Assembly (NCBI GenBank): GCA_963749075.1
Contig: CAVVLJ010000004.1
Location: 416,001 to 480,000 of the forward strand
DNA length: 64,000 bases
Direction of reading: 5' to 3'
From: an uncultured Pseudomonadota bacterium
Lineage (GTDB): Bacteria; Pseudomonadota; Alphaproteobacteria; JACZXZ01
In this document: positions 21,720 through 31,198 of the stretch, one piece after another
How positions within the stretch are numbered: position 1 is the first letter of the stretch
Layout of the letters: every line of letters starts with the position of its first letter
The notes under the pieces: model-generated
What the model was told of the DNA's origin: nothing
Databases searched by the model: none
The model's input: only the letters and a program-made list of their open reading frames with translations
Translations under genes and position numbers: made by a program

Positions 21720-22052
21720 CGGGCCATCCTAGCCTGCCCGGTCGGCGCGCCGCTAGCCGCTTTCGGACTCGGTCGGCTGGGTGCTGGGCACCGCGTCCGA
21801 TCGCGGCCAGACAGCGCGGGCCGGCGAGGGCTTCTATGGCGCTCCGGAGTGCGGCAAGAGGTTTTGCGCAATGCCCCCGGCCTCGGCCGTGAGCGGCGTG
21901 TGGGCGGCGTACCGGCGCCCCACCACACACTTCGATGGGGATCGAACCGTTCGTGCTCGACAAGCCGGTCCGGCTTGCCCACATTCGCCATAGCGAAGGC
22001 TCGCGGCAGCGTTTCGTCGTTGCGAGATTCGCATAGCAGGAGAGATGTCGTG

Positions 22053-23473
22053 ATGACGAACATGCGCGATGCCGACGTCCTGAGACGCGCCCAAGAGCAC
22101 GCGGTCGCGTTCCTCGACGGCCTTGACGAGCGGCCGATCTGCGCCACGGTCGGCGGGGCCGAGCTCCGGCGGAGACTGGGCGGCGCGCTGCCCGAGCGGC
22201 CGAGCGATCCGCTCACGGTCATCGACGATCTCGTGCGCGGCGTGGAGGGCGGCATCCTCGCCTCCACGGGCGGGCGTTTCTTCGGCTGGGTCATCGGCGG
22301 CGCGCTCCCCGTGGCCCTCGCGGCCGATTGGCTGACCGCGACCTGGGACCAGAACGCGGCCTCCCATGCCTGCAGCCCGGCCGAGGCGGTGATCGAGGAG
22401 GTGTGCGGCGCCTGGCTCAAGGAGCTCTTGGGCCTGCCCGCCGCGGCGTCCTTCGCCTTCGTGACCGGCTGCCAGATGGCGCATACGACGGCCCTCGGCG
22501 CGGCGCGCCACAAGCTGCTTATGGCGCGCGGCTTCGACGTGGAGCGCCGCGGCCTCGCTGGCACGCCCGCCATGCGCGTGCTTGCGAGCGAGAGCCGCCA
22601 CGAATCGATCCTGCGCTCGGTGCGCCTCCTCGGTATCGGCAGCGATGCCGTCGAACTGCTCCCTACGGACGATGCGGGCAACCTCCGGCTCGAGGCGCTC
22701 GCCGCAGCGCTCGCCCAAGACAGGGCCCGGCCGACGGTGGTCTGCCTGCAGGCGGGCGATATCCACACCGGGGCCTTCGATCCCTTCGCCGAAGCCTGCG
22801 CGCTGGCCCATGGGGCCGGATCTGGGTCCACGTCGACGGCGCCTTCGGCCTCTGGGCGGCGACGAGCGGGCGCTACCGCCACCTCCTCGCCGGCGTCGAG
22901 GCGGCCAATTCCTGGGCGACCGACGGCCACAAATGGCTCAACCTGCCCTTCGACAGCGGCTTCGTGTTCGTGGCCGACCCGGCAGCGCACAGCGCCGTCT
23001 TCTCGCAGCCGACGAGCTACGCAGTCCCGGTCGAGGGCATGCGCGAGGAGAAGGACTGGAACCCCGAATGGTCGCGGCGCGGCCGCGCCGTCGCCGCCTA
23101 TGCCGCCATCCGGGCGCTCGGCCGCGCGGGCATCGCCGAGATCGTCGAGCGCTGCTGCGATTTCGCCGCCAAGCTCGTCGACGGCCTGGCGGCACTCCCC
23201 GGCGTCGAGGTCCTGGCACGGCCGCGCATCAACCAGGCGCTCGTGCGCTTCCGCGACGAGGGCGGCGACCACGACCGGCGCACCGATCAGGTCATCGCGC
23301 GCATCCAGGCCTCGGGCGAGGCCTGGTTCGGCGGCGCCACCTGGCGTGGGATGCGGGCCATGCGCATCTCCGTGTGCAACTGGCGGACGGGCGAGGACGA
23401 CCTCGAGCCGGTGCTCGCGGCCGTCCGCCGCAGCCTCGGCAACACGTCGGGCGTTGGTGCCTCCAGTCATTGA
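22053..23473 (+). CDS. Group II PLP-dependent decarboxylase (frameshift near 22820)
   Basis: GGRFFGWVIGG, WDQNA; WVHVDGAFG and SWATDGHKWL in shifted frame. Confidence 0.88.
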
Positions 23474-23484
23474 TGCGTGGTGCA

Positions 23485-23583
23485 CCCCCCACCCCAGCCC
23501 TCCCCCTCAAGGGGGGAGGGGGAATTTTGCGAGCCCGCCACTATTTTCCCTCCCCCCTTGAGGGGGAGGGCAGGGTGGGGGGT
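23485..23583. repeat. Palindromic intergenic repeat, family B (CIR-like)
   Basis: CCCCCACCCCAGCCCTCCCCCTCAAGGGGGGAGGG ... CCCTCCCCCCTTGAGGGGGAGGGCAGGGTGGGGG inverted pair. Confidence 0.85.
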
Positions 23584-23689
23584 AGACCATGCGCCTATGA
23601 GTCGAGTTCGCGCCCCGATCGACCCTCGCGGTCTTGGCGCAAGGCTTCCCGGATGCTAGGGTCGGCGCCTCACGGAAAGGCAGGGGCCG

Positions 23690-24745
23690 ATGAACTTCGC
23701 GAGCGACAATGTGACCGGTGCGGCGCCGGAGATCCTCGCGGCACTCGCCGCGGCGAACGAGGGCGCCATGATGCCCTACGGCAGCGACCCCATCACCAGG
23801 CGCCTCGAGGCCGCCTTCGACGCCCTCTTCGAGCGGGAGGTCGCGGCCTTCCCGGTGGCGACGGGGAGTGCCGCCAACGTGCTGGCGCTCGCTTGCATGA
23901 CGCCGCCCTACGGCGCCATCTATTGCCATCCGGACTCCCACATCAACACGGACGAGTGCGGCGCACCCGAGCTCTTCACCGGCGGCGCCAAGCTGGTGCC
24001 CATCCCGGGTGCCGCGGGCAAGATCGCCGCCGCCGATTTCGCGGCCGTGCTCGCGCATGCGGGGAAGGGCGTCGTGCACCACGTGCAGCCCGCCGCCATC
24101 AGCCTCACCAACGAGACGGAGGCGGGGACGCTCTACCGGCCCGAGGAAATCCGCGCCATTGCCGAGATCGCCCATGCCAATGGGCTCTTCGTGCATATGG
24201 ACGGCGCCCGCTTCGCCAATGCCGTAGCAGCCATGGGCGCCACGCCGGCCGAGCTCACCTGGCGCGCGGGCGTCGACGCGCTCTCCTTCGGCGCCACCAA
24301 GAACGGAGCGCTGGGCGCCGAGGCGGTCGTCTTCTTCGAGCCCAAGCTCGCCGAGAGCTTCGGCTACCGCCGCAAGCGGGGCGGCCATCTCTTCTCCAAG
24401 ATGCGCTTCGTCTCGGCCCAGCTCGAGGCCTATCTCAAGGACGGCCTCTGGCTCAAATGCGCGCGCCACGCCAACGCCATGGCCGAGCGCCTCGCCGAGG
24501 GTCTCAAGTCGGTGCCGGGGGCAGCGCTCCTCTACCCCGTCGAGGGCAACGAGATCTTCGCGCGCATCCCCGACGCCGCCATCAAGGGCGCCTTCGCCGA
24601 CGGCTACGTCTTCTACCGCTGGGAGGGCGAGGGGGGCGAGAAATGCCGCCTCGTCTGCGCCTTCGACACGCGTGCCGAGGACGTCGACGGCCTCATCGCC
24701 TCGCTCGCGCGGCACGCGGGCGCGGGCCTGCTGAGGCGCGCTTGA
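23690..24745 (+). CDS. ltaE: Low-specificity L-threonine aldolase
   Basis: MNFASDN, HMDGARFANA, SFGATKNG. Confidence 0.92.
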   Translation: MNFASDNVTGAAPEILAALAAANEGAMMPYGSDPITRRLEAAFDALFEREVAAFPVATGSAANVLALACMTPPYGAIYCHPDSHINTDECGAPELFTGGAKLVPIPGAAGKIAAADFAAVLAHAGKGVVHHVQPAAISLTNETEAGTLYRPEEIRAIAEIAHANGLFVHMDGARFANAVAAMGATPAELTWRAGVDALSFGATKNGALGAEAVVFFEPKLAESFGYRRKRGGHLFSKMRFVSAQLEAYLKDGLWLKCARHANAMAERLAEGLKSVPGAALLYPVEGNEIFARIPDAAIKGAFADGYVFYRWEGEGGEKCRLVCAFDTRAEDVDGLIASLARHAGAGLLRRA

Positions 24746-24783
24746 GCCGAGGCGCGATCGCGCATCATCCCGGGAGCCAGGCC

Positions 24784-25374
24784 ATGAGCAAGGCCGCGAG
24801 CAAGGCCACGAGCAAGGACCGCATGCCGCCGCTCGCGGCGGAGGCGCTCGATGCGGCGCAGAGGAAGGCGGTCGAGGCCTTCACGGCCGCGCGCGGCACG
24901 GCGCCCTTCGGCCCCTTCGTGCCGCTCCTGCGCAGCCCCGAGGTCATGCTGCGCGCCTCGGCACTCGGCGAGTACCTGCGCTACAAGAACGCGCTGCCGA
25001 GGAAGCTCGGCGAGCTCGCGATCCTCGTGACCGCGCGGCTGTGGAGCCAGCAGTTCGAGTGGCATCATCACCGGGCGTTTGCCCTCGAGGCGGGGCTCGC
25101 GGCGGAGACCATCTCGGCGCTGGCCGAGGGGCGCCGGCCCGACGGGCTCGCCGAAGAGGAGGCCGCGGTCTACGACTTCCTCTCGGAGCTCAACGCCAAC
25201 CGCTCGGTGAGCGACGCGAGCTACGCCCGGGTGCTCGCGAGCTTCGGCGAGCGCGGCATCATCGACCTCGTGGGCATCGCCGGCTACTACGGCCTCCTTG
25301 CCATGGCAATGAACGTGGCGCGCACGCCGCTCCCCGCGGGCACAGCGCCGCCGCTCTCCAAGATGCCGGATTGA
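24784..25374 (+). CDS. Carboxymuconolactone decarboxylase (AhpD-like) family protein
   Basis: GPFVPLLRSPE, ELAILVTAR, FEWHHH. Confidence 0.85.
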   Translation: MSKAASKATSKDRMPPLAAEALDAAQRKAVEAFTAARGTAPFGPFVPLLRSPEVMLRASALGEYLRYKNALPRKLGELAILVTARLWSQQFEWHHHRAFALEAGLAAETISALAEGRRPDGLAEEEAAVYDFLSELNANRSVSDASYARVLASFGERGIIDLVGIAGYYGLLAMAMNVARTPLPAGTAPPLSKMPD

Positions 25375-25396
25375 GCGCGCCGGCCGCCGGCCGCGG

Positions 25397-25498
25397 TCAA
25401 TCGAGGATCCAGCTCAGAAGCGCCATCAGCATGAGGACGGCGCCGAGAAAGCCGATCACCACGATGCCCCACGAATCGATCTTCAGGCGGCGCTTCAT
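25397..25498 (-). CDS. Putative 33-aa single-TM small protein
   Basis: MKRRLKIDSWGIVVIGFLGAVLMLMALLSWILD: basic N-terminus plus hydrophobic helix. Confidence 0.45.
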   Translation of the reverse strand: MKRRLKIDSWGIVVIGFLGAVLMLMALLSWILD

Positions 25499-25619
25499 GG
25501 CCGGATATGCGGCGCGCTTGCCATGGGATGTCACTTGCCCCCCTCCCGCTCCCCGCACCATATACGCGCGAGCGGCCGTTGCCCGGCTCGCCAGGACTGC
25601 CGCTTCGACCGCAGCGGGG

Positions 25620-25648
25620 TTGCCAGGGCGGACGGGGCGGTGTATGTA
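25620..25648 (+). promoter_or_regulatory. Sigma70-type tRNA promoter
   Basis: TTGCCA-17 nt-TATGTA followed by a GC-rich discriminator just before the tRNA. Confidence 0.6.
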
Positions 25649-25663
25649 GGCCGCCCGGCCGCG

Positions 25664-25739
25664 GTCCCCATCGTCTAGAGGCCCAGGACGGAGCCCTCTC
25701 ACGGCTCAAACCGGGGTTCGAATCCCCGTGGGGACGCCA
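25664..25739 (+). tRNA. tRNA-Glu (anticodon CTC)
   Basis: 76 nt; acceptor GTCCCCA/TGGGGAC, anticodon arm GAGCC-CTCTCAC-GGCTC, GGTTCGAATCC T-arm, encoded CCA. Confidence 0.97.
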
Positions 25740-26005
25740 AAATACGCTCATCCAAGACGTCATACCCCTGCCGGCGCGGCGCCTGCACCGGCCGGTCCTT
25801 GCCGCTCCAAGGGGTTTGGGGTCGGCGTGGATTTCTCCAATTCCTTTGCCATCGGCGGTGATCTTTATCCGACACACGGGCGGACTCTGATTTGAGAGGG
25901 ATTCCCACGCACCAGGGTCCGCCTACTTACGCCGCCGCCGCGGTCAATGACACATTGTCCCCCGGAAATCAGATAAATCGCGATCTCTCCTGCGAGTTGG
26001 CTCGC

Positions 26006-26326
26006 TCATGCCGCCTTGCCTGTCCGCCGGCGCGCAGGTGCCTTTTTCACTGGACGCGCCGCCAGGTCCAGCCCGAGCGCGCGCATCACGCCGAGCATGG
26101 TCGAGAACTCCGGATTGCCCGCTTCGCCGAGCGCCTTGTAGAGACTTTCGCGGTTCAGGCCCGCCGCACGCGCAACTTCCGACATGCCGCGAGCACGGGC
26201 GACGATGCCGACCGCATCGCGAACAAGGCCTGGGTCGCCAGTCTCCAGCGCCGCGGAAATGTATTCCGCCTGCCGCTCGATGGTGTCGAGATATTCCGCC
26301 GCGTCAAACTTCGTGGTCTTGACCAT
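26006..26326 (-). CDS. Addiction-module antidote protein (HI1420-like HTH)
   Basis: FDAAEYL, GMSEVARAAGLNRESLYKAL, GNPEFST. Confidence 0.9.
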   Translation of the reverse strand: MVKTTKFDAAEYLDTIERQAEYISAALETGDPGLVRDAVGIVARARGMSEVARAAGLNRESLYKALGEAGNPEFSTMLGVMRALGLDLAARPVKKAPARRRTGKAA

Positions 26327-26332
26327 GTCGCT

Positions 26333-26407
26333 TTACTCCCGAAACTCCTTGGCCAAGGCTTTCGCAAGCCTGACGTCACGCGGTTGTGCGCCGCCGCACT
26401 CCTGCCG
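26333..26407 (-). pseudogene. C-terminal remnant of the cognate RelE/HigB-like killer gene
   Basis: Translates CGGAQPRDVRLAKALAKEFRE*, resembling the CGGDKSTQxRDIxxAKxLA tail of HI1419-type toxins. Confidence 0.65.
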
Positions 26408-26803
26408 TCAGCTTTGCCAATCCTCGATCCGCAGTCCCGGCACACGCGCGTACTCGCTCCTGTTGTGCGTGACGAGGATCATGTTGCGCGCCATGGCCTG
26501 CCCGGCGATCAGCACGTCGTAAGGGCCGATGGGCGTTCCCTTGCCGGCGAGATACGCCCGCACCTTGCCGGCTTGCCGTGCGTCTTCCCTGTCGAAATCG
26601 AGCACGGCAAACTGGAGAGCATCCACGAGGGCGACGTTATGGGCCGCGCGCCGGCTCTTGAAGGCGCCGTAGAAGAGCTCGTGCGCCACGATGGCGGACA
26701 TGGCCACGTCGCCGGGCCTCTCCCGCCGCGCGCGTTGCGCAGCTCTCGACGCGGTGTCGTTCAGCAGGGCAATGACCGCGTTGGCGTCGAGGAGATAACG
26801 CAT
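26408..26803 (-). CDS. vapC: VapC/PIN toxin
   Basis: YLLDANAVI, ELFYGA, PIGPYDVLIAGQA, LVTHN. Confidence 0.93.
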   Translation of the reverse strand: MRYLLDANAVIALLNDTASRAAQRARRERPGDVAMSAIVAHELFYGAFKSRRAAHNVALVDALQFAVLDFDREDARQAGKVRAYLAGKGTPIGPYDVLIAGQAMARNMILVTHNRSEYARVPGLRIEDWQS

Positions 26804-27048
26804 CAGCGGAACAATTCGTCGAGCGCAGGACGCTCCTGCGGCTCCGGCTCCTCTTCGGCGGCGCGAATGAAATCCTCATCGAGCTGGCCTGCGATCGCGT
26901 CCAGCCAACTCCAGTCCTCGGCCATGGGCTCGAGGATGACGGCGCTGCCGTGGCGCCGGATGCGCACCGCCTCGCCCTCGAAGCGAAACTCCTTCGGCAA
27001 CCGCACCGCCTGCGATCGCCCGGACCAGAAAATCTTCGCCGTTTCCAT
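26803..27048 (-). CDS. vapB: VapB (AbrB/MazE-type) antitoxin
   Basis: METAKIFWSGRSQAVRLPKEFRF. Confidence 0.93.
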   Translation of the reverse strand: METAKIFWSGRSQAVRLPKEFRFEGEAVRIRRHGSAVILEPMAEDWSWLDAIAGQLDEDFIRAAEEEPEPQERPALDELFR

Positions 27049-27065
27049 GGCCGCACCTCGATGCC

Positions 27066-27082
27066 ATATATCAATGATATAT
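27066..27082. promoter_or_regulatory. Probable VapB operator
   Basis: Palindrome ATATATCA-A-TGATATAT directly upstream of vapB. Confidence 0.6.
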
Positions 27083-27170
27083 AGCAGCGCGCCCATGCCA
27101 GTGCAAGTCTCCTCTTCGCGCAGAAGTTTCCGCTAGTCCGATTGGCCGCGATCGCAGTCGAGGCCTGCGC

Positions 27171-27617
27171 TCACGAGAGCGCTCGGAGTTCGGCGCGCAG
27201 GTCGTCGGGGTCGCAGCGCTTGAGGAGACGCTCGATTGCCGCGTGGGTGCGCTTCCAGACGGGCACGGTCGCGATGAGAAGCGCCCGGCCGGCCGGGCTC
27301 AGCGTCAAGCGGCGGCTCCGCCTGTCCGCGGCGTCGGCCGTCACCCTGACAAGGCCGCGGCGCTCGAGCGGCTTCAGATTGGCGGTGAGCGTGGTGCGGT
27401 CCATGCCCAAGAGGGCCGATACGCCGCCGATGCTCGGCGGCTCCTGGCGGTTGAGCGACATGAGGAGCGAGAACTGGCCGCTCGTTAGCCCGAGCGGCCG
27501 CAGCGCCGCGTCGAAGCGCCGGGCCACGCCGCGCGCCGCCCGCTGCAGATGGAGGCAGAGGCAGGCATCGCGGACCTCGAGCGTGATTGCGAAGGGCGGC
27601 GCTTTACGGTTTGACAC
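27171..27617 (-). CDS. MarR family regulator
   Basis: CLCLHLQRAAR, LTSGQFSLL, MDRTTLTANLKPLERRGLV, DRRSR. Confidence 0.9.
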   Translation of the reverse strand: MSNRKAPPFAITLEVRDACLCLHLQRAARGVARRFDAALRPLGLTSGQFSLLMSLNRQEPPSIGGVSALLGMDRTTLTANLKPLERRGLVRVTADAADRRSRRLTLSPAGRALLIATVPVWKRTHAAIERLLKRCDPDDLRAELRALS

Positions 27618-27628
27618 CCCCTAAATAT

Positions 27629-27640
27629 GTTGATATCAAC
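27629..27640. promoter_or_regulatory. Probable MarR operator
   Basis: Perfect palindrome GTTGATATCAAC in the short divergent intergenic gap. Confidence 0.6.
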
Positions 27641-27659
27641 CTAAAAGGTCAAGGCGGGA

Positions 27660-27935
27660 ATGAGCATGCCGACGGTGTCGTTCACGAGCGCGCTGCAGCG
27701 CTTTCTGCCGGTGCCGTCCGCGGAAGTACCGGGCGCCACGGTGGGCGACGCGCTCGGCGCCGTGTTCGCTGGGCAGCCGGCGCTGCGCGGCTACCTGCTC
27801 GACGACCAGGGCGCCTTGCGCCGCCACGTCGCCGTCTACATAAACGGCCGGCCGGTGAGCGACCGCCAGCACTTGAGCGACCCGATCGGGCGGCACGACG
27901 AAATCTATGTTTTCCAGGCACTGACCGGCGGCTGA
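27660..27935 (+). CDS. MoaD/ThiS ubiquitin-like protein
   Basis: Beta-grasp pattern, C-terminal LTGG. Confidence 0.88.
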   Translation: MSMPTVSFTSALQRFLPVPSAEVPGATVGDALGAVFAGQPALRGYLLDDQGALRRHVAVYINGRPVSDRQHLSDPIGRHDEIYVFQALTGG

Positions 27936-27946
27936 CGGAGGCGAGC

Positions 27947-29035
27947 ATGGCAGACCGGCTCCATGTCGGGACCCGCAAAGGGCTCTTCGAGCTCGCGCGC
28001 CGCAACAGCGGCTGGGAGATCGTGGACGCGCATTTCCTCGGCGATCCGGTCTCGGCGGTGCTGGCGGAGGGCGAGGGGGCGCTCACCGCGGCGCTCGATC
28101 TTGGCCATTTCGGCACCAAGCTGTGGCGCCGCGAGGGTGCCGGCGCCTGGCGCGAGCTCGCGGCCCCGGCGTTCCCGCCAAAGCCGGACGATGCCGCCGA
28201 CGATCCGCATCCCTGGTCGCTCGGCAAGATCTGGGCGCTCGAGCCGGGCGGCGTCGAGGGGCGCCTCTGGGCCGGCACCATGCCGGGCGGGCTCTTCCGC
28301 TCCGACGACCATGGCGCCTCCTGGTCGCTCGTCGAGACGCTCTGGCGCATGCCCGAGCGCCGGCAGTGGCTGGGCGTCGCCGGCGGCGAGCAGCCGGGCA
28401 TCAACTCCGTGCTCGTCGACCCGCGCGATCCCTCCGACATCCGCATCGGCGTGTCGACCGCAGGCGTGTGGGCGACGAGCGACGCCGGCGCCTCGTGGCG
28501 CATCATCAACCGCGGCATGTACAACGAGTACATGCCGCCGGAGCGGCGCGAGGACCCGATCGCCCAGGACGTCCATCGCCTCGCGCGCTGCGCAGCGCAC
28601 CCCGAGGTCGTGTGGTGCCAGCACCACAACGGCGTCTTCCGCTCGGAGGACGCGGGTGCGAGCTGGCGCGAGGTGACGGCGATCCGCCCCTCGAAGTTCG
28701 GCTTTGCCGTGGCCGCCCATCCGCGCGACCCTGGGACCGCGTGGTTCGTCCCCGCCGTCAAGGACGAGCGGCGCATCCCCTTGGGCGGCCGGCTCGTGGT
28801 CGCGCGCACCCGCGACGGCGGGGAAAGCTTCGAGCTGCTGAGCCAAGGCCTGCCGCAGCGCCACGCCTACGATCTCGTGTGGCGCCATGCCCTCGCCGTC
28901 GACGCGGGCGGCGAGCGGCTCGCCTTCGGCTCGACCAGCGGCGGCCTGTGGCTCTCCGAGGACGGCGGCCAATCCTGGACCATGCCCGAGGCGCGGCTGC
29001 CGCCGATCGCGGTGGTGCGCTTTGCCTCCGATTGA
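27947..29035 (+). CDS. BNR/Asp-box beta-propeller (sialidase-like) protein
   Basis: Repeated Asp-boxes: SDDHGASW, SDAGASW, SEDAGASW, TRDGGESF, SEDGGQSW. Confidence 0.88.
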   Translation: MADRLHVGTRKGLFELARRNSGWEIVDAHFLGDPVSAVLAEGEGALTAALDLGHFGTKLWRREGAGAWRELAAPAFPPKPDDAADDPHPWSLGKIWALEPGGVEGRLWAGTMPGGLFRSDDHGASWSLVETLWRMPERRQWLGVAGGEQPGINSVLVDPRDPSDIRIGVSTAGVWATSDAGASWRIINRGMYNEYMPPERREDPIAQDVHRLARCAAHPEVVWCQHHNGVFRSEDAGASWREVTAIRPSKFGFAVAAHPRDPGTAWFVPAVKDERRIPLGGRLVVARTRDGGESFELLSQGLPQRHAYDLVWRHALAVDAGGERLAFGSTSGGLWLSEDGGQSWTMPEARLPPIAVVRFASD

Positions 29036-29099
29036 GCGCAGGCGGAAGCGGAGACCCAGTCACTATATCGTTCACCCCCAACCGAGAGACGGAGCAGCC

Positions 29100-29513
29100 A
29101 TGCAAATCCAACCTTACCTCTTCTTCGACGGGCGCTGCGAGGAGGCGCTCGAGTTCTATCGCAAAGCGGTCGGCGCCGAAGTGACGATGCTCATGCGCTA
29201 CAAGGACAATCCCGAGCGCAACGCGGGCTGCAACCTGCCGGCCGGCAACGACGACAAGGTGATGCATGCGAGCTTGCGCATCGGCGATGCGACGGTGCTG
29301 GCGTCCGACGGCCGCTGCCAGGGGCGGCCGAGCTTCCAGGGCTTTGCACTCTCGCTCACGGTCGCCGACGATGCCGAGGCCGTGCGGCGCTTCGCCGCTC
29401 TCGCGGAGGGCGGGCAAGTGCAGATGGCCTTGGGCAAGACCTTCTTCTCCTCGAGCTTCGGCATGGTCGCCGACCGCTTCGGCGTCTTCTGGATGGTCTA
29501 CGTGGCACCTTGA
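29100..29513 (+). CDS. VOC/PhnB family protein
   Basis: QPYLFFDGRCEEALEFY, VMHASL, DRFGVFWMV. Confidence 0.9.
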   Translation: MQIQPYLFFDGRCEEALEFYRKAVGAEVTMLMRYKDNPERNAGCNLPAGNDDKVMHASLRIGDATVLASDGRCQGRPSFQGFALSLTVADDAEAVRRFAALAEGGQVQMALGKTFFSSSFGMVADRFGVFWMVYVAP

Positions 29514-29544
29514 GGCACTGGCCGCAGCGCCGGGCTGGCCGCGA

Positions 29545-29844
29545 TCAGAGCACGGCCGAGGCGATCGCTGCGGCGCCGAAGCCGGCCCCCAACGCGGCCC
29601 ATTCCCGCTTCGTGGCGGCCATGGTGGCGACGGCGCCGATGCAGCCGAGGAGACTCGGCCAGCCGCCTTGCAGGATGCCGGCGGCGGCAAAGGCGGCGAA
29701 GAGATTGCCGGGCGCCAGGCGCAACAGCCGCGGCAGCAGGCCGCGCTCCGGCATCGCGCCTGCAGCGAGGAAGCCGCCTGCGCGCATCGCGTAGCTCGCG
29801 GCGCCGACCGCGAGAATGACGGCGAGGACCTGCATCTCAGGCAT
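29545..29844 (-). CDS. azlD: AzlD family membrane protein
   Basis: Small hydrophobic ORF translationally coupled to AzlC. Confidence 0.75.
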   Translation of the reverse strand: MPEMQVLAVILAVGAASYAMRAGGFLAAGAMPERGLLPRLLRLAPGNLFAAFAAAGILQGGWPSLLGCIGAVATMAATKREWAALGAGFGAAAIASAVL

Positions 29845-30559
29845 CGTCGCCGCGCACCGCGCTCAACAGGGTGCCCGTGCCGCCGCCGAGGAGCATGGCC
29901 CAGCTTGCGCCGAGCGTGCCCGCCACCAGCAACCCCACTGCCGCGGAAAGAGCCCAGGGCAGCAGGCTGCGCCGGCCGCGCCATTGGGTCGGCAGGAGTA
30001 CCACGACAAAGGCCAGCGGCAGGAACAGGGCGGCGAAGGCCAGCGGTCCGTGGGGCTCGAGCGGCAAGGCATGGCCGAGCGCCGTGCCGCCGATCCAGCC
30101 GATCGCCATCGGCAGGCTGCTGCCCAGGAGATAACCCGCGTCGCGCCGGCCGCGCCCGGCCTCGGCCGCCGTCATCAGCCACGACGCGTCGGCCAGGAGC
30201 GCCAGCATCGGCAGCATCACGCGCCGCGGCACGTCGGCGAAGAGCTGGCGGAGGTGTGCTCCCATGACCAGGTAGCGGGCGTTCGTCACCGCGCAAGCGA
30301 CCACCATCGCCGCGATCGGCGGCGGGGTCGCCCAGAGGCCGAGCGTGACGGCCTGCGCCGTGGCGGAATAGACTGCGGTGCTGAAGAGCGCCGCGCTTGC
30401 GAGGTCCAGCCCCAAGCCGCGATAGGCGACGCCCATGACGATGCCGCCCACCCCGTTGCTGACGATGAAGGGCAGGGCAGCCACGAAGCCGCGGCGGAAG
30501 CCGGCCGCCGTGCAAGGCGAGGCGGAGGAGGGGGCTGGCGTTCTCATGGTCATGGGCAT
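29837..30559 (-). CDS. azlC: AzlC family amino-acid exporter
   Basis: GFRRGF, YSATAQ, NARYLVMG, DASW. Confidence 0.82.
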   Translation of the reverse strand: MPMTMRTPAPSSASPCTAAGFRRGFVAALPFIVSNGVGGIVMGVAYRGLGLDLASAALFSTAVYSATAQAVTLGLWATPPPIAAMVVACAVTNARYLVMGAHLRQLFADVPRRVMLPMLALLADASWLMTAAEAGRGRRDAGYLLGSSLPMAIGWIGGTALGHALPLEPHGPLAFAALFLPLAFVVVLLPTQWRGRRSLLPWALSAAVGLLVAGTLGASWAMLLGGGTGTLLSAVRGDDA

Positions 30560-30580
30560 TAGAATAGGGTGATGGCTTCG

Positions 30581-31198
30581 ATGTCAAGGGATGCCGCGCG
30601 CGCGGCGGCGCAATTCTTCGGCGGCCGCGTCTGCCTGGACTTCGCCAACACGATGGACTGGCGCACGTCGGACGCACCGCAGGAGATGATCCCCGATTAC
30701 GCAGCACTCCTCGCCTGGAGCAAGGCGCGCGGCATTCTGCCGGCACAGGCCTCAGCACGTTTGCGAAGAGAGGGCGCGCGGCAGCCGGCAGCCGCGGCCG
30801 CCGTCCTGCGGGAAGCGCACGCGCTGCGGAGCGAGATCTGGAAGGCGGCGGACGCCTTGCGCCGCCACGGCCGCGTGCCTCTCGAGCCGTTCAACCGCAG
30901 GCTCGCTGCCCTGCCGGCCCAGCCGCCGCTCTTAAGGGGCGGGGCGGGTTACGTCCACGACTTGCCGGGCAAGGCGCTCGAGGAGCCCCTGTGGCCCGTG
31001 CTGTGGTCTCTCTCGGCGCTCTTCTCCTCCGAGGATGCGGCCCGCGTGGGCTGCTGCCAGGCGCAAGGCTGCGGCTGGTTCTTCGTCGACGAGAGCCCGA
31101 ACCGCACCCGCTTGTGGTGCTCCAGCGAGGTCTGCGGCAACCGGGAGCGCGCCCGGCGGGCCTATGCGAAACGCCGGTCGGGACCCGCACGCGATTAA
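30581..31198 (+). CDS. CGNR zinc-finger (ABATE) protein
   Basis: CLDFANT, CQAQGCGWFFVDESPNRTRLWCSSEVCGNR. Confidence 0.92.
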   Translation: MSRDAARAAAQFFGGRVCLDFANTMDWRTSDAPQEMIPDYAALLAWSKARGILPAQASARLRREGARQPAAAAAVLREAHALRSEIWKAADALRRHGRVPLEPFNRRLAALPAQPPLLRGGAGYVHDLPGKALEEPLWPVLWSLSALFSSEDAARVGCCQAQGCGWFFVDESPNRTRLWCSSEVCGNRERARRAYAKRRSGPARD

